A stretch of DNA of 41,119 nt from Paraphysomonas bandaiensis. Its lineage: Eukaryota > Protista > Chrysophyceae. The stretch spans positions 1 to 41,119 of the forward strand of contig CBFFRP010000061.1 in NCBI GenBank assembly GCA_965644295.1, written 5' to 3'. Both the position numbers and the translations under genes were made by a program. This document shows, piece by piece, positions 33,401 to 41,119 of the stretch. The notes under the pieces are model-generated. The model saw only the letters and a program-made list of their open reading frames with translations, made no database searches and had not been told where the DNA came from. Position 1 is the first letter of the stretch. Every line of letters begins with the position of its first letter.

Positions 33401-34261
33401 CCACTCATCTGGTACAAAGACTTTAACCGCTTTAGTTCGTAGGAGATGCATCACATTTGTTTGTTCCTTCATCTCACTACTAACATGGGTCTCCAACAAC
33501 TGCTCATAGTCTTTTAAAGCTTCCGCTCTAGTCTTTCCTAAGAATACCAAAGCTTCTTTAAATTGAACCGGCAATTCGGAATCCTCTTCCTCCGGTGCAA
33601 TTTGAGTACTCGCTTTAGACCATGGTTCCACTATTTGTCCATGCTCTAAACCAGACAAATCATCATGAGTCGAAATCTTCTTGGTATCACTTTCTATCTC
33701 ATAAGATGTTTGTTCAAAAGCATGCCTCATCAATTCACACATAAAGGGATACAAAGTACCAGTAAGTGCCGGCAATCCAAGTATGACATCATTATGTTTC
33801 ATGTCAATAATTAGGAAATCCCCTTTGAACTGATACTGTTTTCCATAAGGGTCAGCCAACAAAAGATTGAGTCTGACTCCTTGTGTGACTGTTTTTATAG
33901 TAGTACTATCCGCCAATACTACTCTATGATTCGCATCGTATAAAAATTCGGGGTTTAGCTCTGGCATTAAACTCTCAACCAGACCCCTAGACACATAGTT
34001 GGCTGAAAGCGCTCCCGTATCGCAAAGTACGGTGATCAATTTTTCCGAATTCTCTCTCAAATTATTGTTCATTATTAGCCTAGCTACAGTATGTGCTGAT
34101 GTCATTCTTCGCGTATTAGGAAAGCAAGCATACAGCTTAGCTTGCCCCTCGGTTTGCACAGAACACAATGCCGCCGTGAATGTAGACTCTTCAAATTGTA
34201 AGCAACAATCGTCATCCCCGTCACACCCATTAACTACACTGACATCCTGCGCTCCCCGCAC
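30419..34261 (-). CDS. pol: Gypsy B Pol (PR-RT-RH-IN-chromo-like-extension); a 1-nt frameshift near 30455 moves the homologous tail (stop at 30288) into another frame
   Basis: LCDTGA, DIDLTNAFHQI, IFDN, TDASELG, TDHNNL, ADWLSR, GIDAV, ISDQG, NGSER, MGPF. The other frame continues SKRILSTKNVLTKQTFRLDNYHIHCF...MVLVDEDFASKFPQV, matching the A tail. Confidence 0.94.
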   Translation of the reverse strand: MRGAQDVSVVNGCDGDDDCCLQFEESTFTAALCSVQTEGQAKLYACFPNTRRMTSAHTVARLIMNNNLRENSEKLITVLCDTGALSANYVSRGLVESLMPELNPEFLYDANHRVVLADSTTIKTVTQGVRLNLLLADPYGKQYQFKGDFLIIDMKHNDVILGLPALTGTLYPFMCELMRHAFEQTSYEIESDTKKISTHDDLSGLEHGQIVEPWSKASTQIAPEEEDSELPVQFKEALVFLGKTRAEALKDYEQLLETHVSSEMKEQTNVMHLLRTKAVKVFVPDEWSGVKGVEPLKIKWKDTLPDRIKPKARPINPKLWEASEKEFRRLCGYFYRKSRSPWASCLVVAPKATPPYIRFCGDYVKINDHMHVGNYTIPNVKHELDKIINFPYYLDIDLTNAFHQIPLDEETSEKLSIQTPWGQFAPNFMPEGIAPATGVLQEVVREIFADFSDWAIVIFDNMLILANDPQDAYEKLERVIDRCLERNIKLKMAKSWLGFKKVNFFGYVCKHKSYEVCPDKKEALANIPMPSSTKQARSLLGKGVFFSSFTPKYSDLVGHLTDLTKKSFNWNKSTWRHDYEAEYKRFIKGLQDACELFYPDYELEWILRTDASELGIGSVLLQRKILPTGEAQLQPIAFISKKFSEQAMKWATIEQEGYGIYYSVKQLAYYLVGKQFTIETDHNNLLWMEASEVPKIVRWRIFLQSFNFKIRHISGAQNWLADWLSREHQLAYLSGMFLDDSMWDDAYFLGEDCQDSEYFSFLGNFMDPSDLGDQEQPSMNISREECLREVHNSRVGHLGGKATWIRLNKRFPGHGIPYQVVAEYISNCPTCVKTRLAMKEALIPIVRNLKPPGARSAIGIDAVEITPHGKDGYTHINVIVNLHTKLVFLEPVKGVTALNLANTVWKYWSYYGHTDVVISDQGPDLTSDLFQQLTEYMGMRHTFSIANRHANGSERIIGEVVRHLRALVYDASERQERKDVFEDPSWIASVQHILNSEVSSETGFSPFELTFGSEDKRYFNVDTDSVSQDAHARLKRFNDNLRELRAASHAYQQRLVQERASQGIPVDKQNRYQPGDLVLFDKGAKVHPKMSHRYMGPFKVISQYKNDIDCRHLVTGQVVKVDVREVKLFAGDHDTAYNMACRDHEQHVIDTILYYRGDRDTRTSLVFTVKFQDGDVRDIPFSKDIFDSIPYADFCSRKRYLYHLIYPVKEAKEYIAKIRKQPITSFQPGDEAYVDLRVFGDLWYESLELPDSHLITYVARFVFTHWYHKVPNGYSQLKMC

Positions 34262-34276
34262 GCAATGGTCCTTCCA

Positions 34277-36085
34277 TCAAGGTCGGGAATCACCGAAGCG
34301 ATCCCTTCTCAAGATAGAAGTTGGATTGGTTCTACCAGTGGAACCATCCTCAGCTTTCAGGAAAGCATTGAGCTTATCCCTCATCTCAACAGCCGAGGTT
34401 CTCAAGCACTGAGAATTGTGGTTGTATTTGCACTGTGGCTTGTTGCATTTCCCATACAACATCTGCCTCAGGCAACCGAATTTCTCAACTCTCGAACTCG
34501 TATCACCAGCAGGTTTATCCTGAGAAGAAGCCATAAAAGAAACCTCTTGCTCATTAACAACTGCTGTAGGATCAGGTTCCAGATCCTGCGATGAAGTAAC
34601 GTCCTTGGCTGAGCCACGACGTAAATCAATGTTACCCTCTTCATCATCTGAAGAACTGGGGTATTCGAGATTTATCTGCTCCGGACCTCGATCAAAATCC
34701 GAATCATCAGAAACATATCCATCAATGTGAGTGAGAGCATGTGAATCTCTGTTATTCCGATGATCATAGTCCTTGTAAGAAGTAGACCGCATCGGAGACG
34801 GATGTTTCTCATTATTCTTGGAAAACAAATCCCTTTTCCGTTTGTTGTACTCATCAAGTTTGTTTTTAGCCTCAATGTTAGCCTCAAACGGTAACTGACG
34901 AGCTGCTAAGCAAATCTGATAATGATCTACTAAAATGGCCGTAAATTCATCGAAAAACTCGTTCATCGTGTCAAACTGTAGTTTATTCATGCACCCAAAG
35001 ACATAACGAACATAATCCCTATCGTTCAAGTTTTTGAATAGTCTTACGAGCCCATATTCTTTGTCATCTACTCTTGGACACCAATCCTTATTAAACTCCA
35101 ACATAATGGATAACATGGTTCGAAACAAATCAATAAGTTTCAACTGTTGGAAGTAAAACTGTTCGAACGTCACAGTAGTCACTTTCTTCCACTCCATAAT
35201 CTTTATGTGTCTAAGAGAATCTCGTAGCTCCTCATAGAATCCCACACAATTAAAAACCCGAGTTTCCTTTGCAATTACACGCAGTAAGTCGGACAAATCC
35301 ATCTCTGAAATCTCCGCATGACCGAGATGATACACTTCTCTTAGATGATCTCTTAATTCTCCAGAGACAACCTTTTGTAGACGCACAGTGGTCTGTTCCT
35401 CTTCTTGAAAATCCAAGATTTGTTTGACAGCTCTAGCCACTTTAGAAAGCTTAAGTTCATTGATACGAACTTTGCAAGTTCTTTCCTCACGCATTACAAC
35501 AGTCTGTTGCACATTTGGAAGGTTGGCATTCTTCTTCAATTCCCTGAACAGCTTCCCAGGTTTCTTGCCTCCTAACAAAGCTTGAGTTCTAGTAGGGAAT
35601 TCTGAAGCCACCTGCTGATCACCATCTTCCTCAGCATTGTCATTTGACTGAGCAGTAGTAGTATCTTCCTCCTCCAACAATTCTCTTACAGACTCATCCC
35701 GCCAAGGAGTGCGATAGTGTTCCGCTAAATTATGCAGAGTAGAGTATCTCCTTGTATCACGTTTCTTTACCGGTTTCGGCAACGTGTCAGGAACTGTAGG
35801 TGTTCCTTTCGTAACTGATACATCTGCCCCTGGGATATTTTGATCTTCCCTTAAAATCGTGGGGCTCTGCGCTCTAGAGCCGACAGGTGTACCTCTACGT
35901 GAGGCTCGCTCTTCGAGTCGCGTGACTCTCAACGTTAAGTCATCTATTCTCGTATCGAATTTCCTTTCCAAGGCATCGAAACGTGCAAGAATGATTTCGA
36001 GCATTGAAGGCTCTAAATCATCCTTAACACTGCCTTCAGAACCAGAGTGGCTCTTAGGGCTACTCCTACCAACAGGAGTTTGCAT
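34277..36085 (-). CDS. gag: Gypsy B Gag-like protein (602 aa) with CCCH finger
   Basis: Upstream of and in frame with pol; CLRQMLYGKCNKPQCKYNH; IAKETRV...F.E.LR and CP....KEYG blocks shared with the A Gag. Confidence 0.88.
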   Translation of the reverse strand: MQTPVGRSSPKSHSGSEGSVKDDLEPSMLEIILARFDALERKFDTRIDDLTLRVTRLEERASRRGTPVGSRAQSPTILREDQNIPGADVSVTKGTPTVPDTLPKPVKKRDTRRYSTLHNLAEHYRTPWRDESVRELLEEEDTTTAQSNDNAEEDGDQQVASEFPTRTQALLGGKKPGKLFRELKKNANLPNVQQTVVMREERTCKVRINELKLSKVARAVKQILDFQEEEQTTVRLQKVVSGELRDHLREVYHLGHAEISEMDLSDLLRVIAKETRVFNCVGFYEELRDSLRHIKIMEWKKVTTVTFEQFYFQQLKLIDLFRTMLSIMLEFNKDWCPRVDDKEYGLVRLFKNLNDRDYVRYVFGCMNKLQFDTMNEFFDEFTAILVDHYQICLAARQLPFEANIEAKNKLDEYNKRKRDLFSKNNEKHPSPMRSTSYKDYDHRNNRDSHALTHIDGYVSDDSDFDRGPEQINLEYPSSSDDEEGNIDLRRGSAKDVTSSQDLEPDPTAVVNEQEVSFMASSQDKPAGDTSSRVEKFGCLRQMLYGKCNKPQCKYNHNSQCLRTSAVEMRDKLNAFLKAEDGSTGRTNPTSILRRDRFGDSRP

Positions 36086-36162
36086 CTTCCACCTTAGTTG
36101 CTGTTACACTCTTTAGTTTATATACCCACACGATTTTTCACCTCAGAGTTACGCAGCTCCCT

Positions 36163-37693
36163 TATAGCTAACCCGAGGTATAACACCGGGTGCAGCCACT
36201 ATATATGAATAATAAGGAAATGTAAGAAAGAAGAAAGGAAAAGAAGAAGAGGAATATGTTTGTTATTAAGCCTTACAACAGCTCAGGCACCCCCAAGCTC
36301 TTATAATTAGACACCTCTAACTACGTGTTAAGGTGTAAGGCACTCTAACATAAATCTGAACAGCAAGCAGAGCACAAAATAACTCATAAAGAACCACTCA
36401 TGTTCTACAAGCTATCTAGAAGCACACAATAACATCTAGAACAATATTCTACAAAAGATTGTACAAGATTTGGTTGATTATGTGGACATATCAGTTTTCT
36501 GGAACACTCCCGTAGAATGCTATGAAGACCAACTCCAACCAACAGAGTCTCCAGCACACCAAAATGAGAATATTGTCCAATCATATGCTTGTACTCAACA
36601 ATATACCGTCACTGTACTATAGACCATATACAGATATACAACAGCACAATACTGTATACTCAGAATCATATACAGCATCATACAATCGTATATACAGAGG
36701 AGTACAAGGTCTCATACATCCCGCATACCAGAGTAGCATCCAGGAGTATACAGCAAATACAGCAAATACAGCATACGACAAAAACAACAGTTGAGAAGAG
36801 ACTGAAGATGATGATGCTCTTAACGCTCATTGCAGATACATGCCAACGCTCCATAACCAGTAAGAGATAGACGATGACACTTGGCACCCTAGTCAAGTCC
36901 ATAATGACAGACGTCCGACGCAAGTCACGGCTCCAAACATCATGAACACGAGAAGTTAGAGTCCGCTGCGCTCCACAGGAATATGAAGACCACACAGAGA
37001 GTACCAATGGCCTCATGACAAGATGAATGGACCCTCAGGTGATACAATGTGTACATATACCATACATACGTCATATTCATGTCATGTATACATGCAGATC
37101 GTGCTTATGACAAGACTTGGATCTTATACAAGCACGAGCACTATATGCCATACAGTATGCAAGTGATAAGAGTGTGATGATGGATATAGATGGTAATACA
37201 CATACATATAGAGATAGAAGAAGGTATGGATGAATGTGAATGCACTATATTGATATCTAATTCCCTCTATCTGCAGCTAGAGAAGAATTAATACCAACAC
37301 AGCATAGAGATATAAGTGTGAAGTGTAGTTAGTATGTATGCAATGATATATATGATGTATAATGTATGTCATATATGTGTGGTGTGAGTGATGTATGGTG
37401 AATGCAATATGGATATAATACGCTATGTATGAGGTGTGAGTGTGTGGTATAGGTGATACATGCATAACACTACTTCAATACAAATGCAATGATAATAATA
37501 AGCAGTGCAATCACATAGTGTAGTGTACATACAAGCATAGATATAATAATATACACAATATGTATCACCAGCAAGAGGTCTCAATCTTCCTAGCGTAGCC
37601 CATATAAGTATCCAACCATAGCCATAGCACTCACCAGTAGATAGACATCCAAATCTCACTCACAGGAGTATAGTTGAACGCCACAGCGTTACA
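36163..37693 (-). repeat. Element N 3' LTR
   Basis: Repeat of 38804-40335; minus-strand termini TGTAACGC...GCTATA. Confidence 0.94.
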
Positions 37694-38083
37694 CTACCTT
37701 TTCCACCTCTCTTACGTAACCGCTGAAGAACAATTTGGCAGCACGGCTGCACATTACCCTCTCTCATCTCTCTCTCTCATAGTTGTTATCAAGCAATATG
37801 AACAGTCCATAGAACTCCCACACAAAAATCCCTAATGACAAGTCAAGCAAAATCATGCCCTGATGAATCTTCTAGTAGAAAATGCTCCATGATACCATAT
37901 GCTCCCGATCTCCTCTTCATAATATCTGTTAAAAATCTCTAGCTACTCAAACTCAGTAGGTGATGCACGCGCTGCAATGTAGGGGATTCCGGGGTATGAG
38001 AGTCATTGCTCCATGCACACCAAAAATCAGAGCCAGTCCGCCTAAGTCGCATCTAGAGGCTCTGTAACAGCCCAAATTGTGAA

Positions 38084-38704
38084 TCAACACTCTAGTCTGA
38101 CCCAAGGTGGCGGCCCAGGACCATGTTCCTCAAAAATTGCCATCACCCAAGTATAAGGCCGGATAAATCCTGGAATATTCTGGAAATCACCCATTATTCC
38201 CTGTATAGAGTCAGGGCCGACGGCCTTCTCAGTTGAGACCGAGCTGGACCTCCCGGAACTGGAACAAATCATCTCACGTTGAGAGGACCGGAGCTGCTGT
38301 ACCCCTTGAACTCGGACGTGGATAGGAAGCCGTTTAGCATTAGAAGTGGTTGTCTCTGTCCCTGGAATTGACACCCGCGAGGCGGCATTGCCATCCTCCT
38401 GAACCATAGATGCCTTAGGTTCCATACAAAGCTCCTGCTGAGGTGAACAAAACTCTTCTTGGATCTGTTCGGCCATTGCGGTGGTAGTGACCTCTGGATA
38501 AGAAACAGGCATAGCTGATGAGTTCTCTTGCATCTGTTCAGATTTCCTTATCTCCCCACATATCTTGGAGACTAAGACAAGTAGACTGATCATGTCTTGA
38601 GTTCTCTGAGAGATCCTCTGAAGACGTTGATCCAGTCTTCGTTCCAGTCTATCAAAAATCTCCTCCACATTCTTAGAGAACGTAGATATGCTGGCCAGTT
38701 CCAT
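38084..38704 (-). CDS. 206-aa ORF of unknown function inside element N, at the gag position
   Basis: ATG about 100 nt after the 5' LTR, sense to the element; N-terminal heptad-like stretch (VEEIFDRLERRLDQRLQRISQR) reminiscent of the Gag N-termini of A and B; no other recognised domain. Confidence 0.55.
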   Translation of the reverse strand: MELASISTFSKNVEEIFDRLERRLDQRLQRISQRTQDMISLLVLVSKICGEIRKSEQMQENSSAMPVSYPEVTTTAMAEQIQEEFCSPQQELCMEPKASMVQEDGNAASRVSIPGTETTTSNAKRLPIHVRVQGVQQLRSSQREMICSSSGRSSSVSTEKAVGPDSIQGIMGDFQNIPGFIRPYTWVMAIFEEHGPGPPPWVRLEC

Positions 38705-38792
38705 GTGACGGGGACTATTGTCTTAACTTGACGTAGATATATCCTTCCAATAATGTTATCAAAATCTGCAGATTTCAAAGCTGCTTTTCGCC

Positions 38793-38804
38793 AGTAAATT
38801 TACT
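38793..38804 (-). promoter_or_regulatory. Palindrome AGTAAATTTACT at the PBS position of element N
   Basis: Identical to the gypsy A motif and in the same register relative to the LTR end. Confidence 0.85.
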
Positions 38805-40335
38805 ATAGCTAACCCGAGGTATAACACCGGGTGCAGCTTATAAACGTGAATATATGTATGTAGATATAACAATAGAAGAAAGTAATTGAGAAGATCAATG
38901 ACGTTATTATGCCTTACAAACAGCCCAGGCACCCCCAAGCTCTTATAATTAGACACCTCTAACTACGTGTTAAGGTGTAAGGCACTATAACATAAATCTG
39001 AACAGCAAGCAGAGCACAAAATAACTCATAAAGAACCACTCATGTTCTACAAGCTATCTAGAAGCACACAATAACATCTAGAACAATATTCTACAAAAGA
39101 TTGTACAAGATTTGGTTGATTATGTGGACATATCAGTTTTCTGGAACACTCCCGTAGAATGCTATGAAGACCAACTCCAACCAACAGAGTCTCCAGCACA
39201 CCAAAATGAGAATATTGTCCAATCATATGCTTGTACTCAACAATATACCGTCACTGTACTATAGACCATATACAGATATACAACAGCACAATACTGTATA
39301 CTCAGAATCATATACAGCATCATACAATCGTATATACAGAGGAGTACAAGGTCTCATACATCCCGCATACCAGAGTAGCATCCAGGAGTATACAGCAAAT
39401 ACAGCAAATACAGCATACGACAAAAACAACAGTTGAGAAGAGACTGAAGATGATGATGCTCTTAACGCTCATTGCAGATACATGCCAACGCTCCATAACC
39501 AGTAAGAGATAGACGATGACACTTGGCACCCTAGTCAAGTCCATAATGACAGACGTCCGACGCAAGTCACGGCTCCAAACATCATGAACACGAGAAGTTA
39601 GAGTCCGCTGCGCTCCACAGGAATATGAAGACCACACAGAGAGTACCAATGGCCTCATGACAAGATGAATGGACCCTCAGGTGATACAATGTGTACATAT
39701 ACCATACATACGTCATATTCATGTCATGTATACATGCAGATCGTGCTTATGACAAGACTTGGATCTTATACAAGCACGAGCACTATATGCCATACAGTAT
39801 GCAAGTGATAAGAGTGTGATGATGGATATAGATGGTAATACACATACATATAGAGATAGAAGAAGGTATGGATGAATGTGAATGCACTATATTGATATCT
39901 AATTCCCTCTATCTGCAGCTAGAGAAGAATTAATACCAACACAGCATAGAGATATAAGTGTGAAGTGTAGTTAGTATGTATGCAATGATATATATGATGT
40001 ATAATGTATGTCATATATGTGTGGTGTGAGTGATGTATGGTGAATGCAATATGGATATAATACGCTATGTATGAGGTGTGAGTGTGTGGTATAGGTGATA
40101 CATGCATAACACTACTTCAATACAAATGCAATGATAATAATAAGCAGTGCAATCACATAGTGTAGTGTACATACAAGCATAGATATAATAATATACACAA
40201 TATGTATCACCAGCAAGAGGTCTCAATCTTCCTAGCGTAGCCCATATAAGTATCCAACCATAGCCATAGCACTCACCAGTAGATAGACATCCAAATCTCA
40301 CTCACAGGAGTATAGTTGAACGCCACAGCGTTACA
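38804..40335 (-). repeat. Element N 5' LTR
   Basis: Repeat of 36163-37693. Confidence 0.94.
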
Positions 40336-40609
40336 CCCTTGGCTTCAGAGACTAACACAGATCGACAAGGAGGGAATTTAAAATTCGCTCACAGGTCTCA
40401 ATGAAATAACTCAAATCCAGTCCCAAGTCCCCCGGAAGAAACTGACAAATCCACAGACCTGCGTAAGTATCCACCAAGACACCAAGACACCACTCAACAC
40501 ACTGACACAAGACACCCCTGCACAACGCACACAAGCAAGGCACACAGACAGGTCTATCTAAATGATGTGTATCAAGAATTACTCACAAGAATTCTTGTGC
40601 GAGCAAATA

Positions 40610-40623
40610 AGTAAATATTTACT
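40610..40623 (-). promoter_or_regulatory. Palindrome AGTAAATATTTACT at the PBS position of gypsy B
   Basis: 14-nt perfect palindrome overlapping the last base of the 5' LTR. Confidence 0.85.
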
Positions 40624-41119
40624 ATGACGCAACCCGGTTTGATAACCAGAATCACGGCTCGCAGTACAGGTATACCACACAAACACGCAAGTGTAAGAAC
40701 AATGTATTATTAATGCTATGACTACTCTAAGCAATAACCTAATGCCCAGTTAGTGATTTCCGCCAGAAATCACCACGCAGGTAACACCGCCAGTGCAACA
40801 AGATCGTTGGCACCAAGCACTTCGGTTAAGCCTAAACAAGTGCATAACACCATAGCATACATGTTACACCCACTCCTACTCCTCAACAACATCACAACAC
40901 CCTGCAACGTCATCACTACCCACAGAAACGTGTTTATTCTATAAACTGAATACACACAGCAACCTAGGAGTAACGTATAACCGCGTACTAATAGTACACT
41001 ACATCCTACGTTTTACTTTCTACCTAAATACCCATACAAAAACAGTATATCGCCACTTTGGTGTATTTTAGCATTCAAGAACCCAAAACCCCCAATATCC
41101 AGGTTATACGTAAATACAA
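40623..41119 (-). repeat. Gypsy B 5' LTR (U5-side 497 bp; remainder beyond the window)
   Basis: Matches 29092-29588. Confidence 0.93.

Larger units (their letters stand above)
36163..40335 (-). mobile_element. Non-autonomous LTR element N (LARD-like): 1.53-kb LTRs, 1.11-kb interior, inserted in the gypsy B 5' leader
   Basis: Direct repeats 36163-37693 and 38804-40335; CCCT duplication at 36159-36162 and 40336-40339; palindrome at the PBS position; PPTs; no pol. Confidence 0.93.
29092..41119 (-). mobile_element. Ty3/gypsy LTR retrotransposon family B; 5' LTR runs off the right edge; element N nested in its leader
   Basis: 29092-29588 appears identical to 40623-41119; gag and pol lie between on the minus strand. 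Confidence 0.94.

Noticed and set aside
36620-36790. CAGCAAATA/CATATACAG repeats as a CRISPR-like or satellite array
   Set aside because: Irregular simple repeats inside an LTR, with no constant repeat-spacer period.
36522-37659. Short ORFs duplicated in the N LTRs (likewise 2590-2833/9311-9553 and 29222-29424/40753-40955)
   Set aside because: Duplicated only because they lie in LTRs; low-complexity translations with no motifs.

Overview
Eukaryotic genomic DNA, probably a stramenopile (inferred from short GT-AG introns, a CryptonS-type recombinase and an oomycete-like MULE). A small island of two divergently transcribed host genes (an LMBR1-family membrane protein with two PH domains; a RanBP2-type zinc finger/ankyrin protein) sits among nested transposons: two broken Ty1/copia elements, a Crypton tyrosine-recombinase pseudogene, a deleted MULE, and several Ty3/gypsy-type LTR elements. 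The gypsy-type set is full-length family A at 1953-9883, family B from 29092 past the window end, decayed A' and C copies, and a non-autonomous element N with long LTRs nested in B. The main result is that these gypsy-type elements form one coherent, non-canonical lineage. The tRNA primer-binding site is replaced by a perfect palindrome (AGTAAATTTACT / AGTAAATATTTACT) in three sequence-distinct families. LTRs end TG...ATA, with 4-bp target duplications where both ends are visible. In both intact families the RT catalytic motif is IFDN instead of YxDD, the integrase is DD(33)E, Gag carries a CCCH rather than CCHC finger, and gag and pol are separated by a single in-frame UGA followed by a conserved stem-loop. 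Everything was read by eye; novelty has not been checked against any database.
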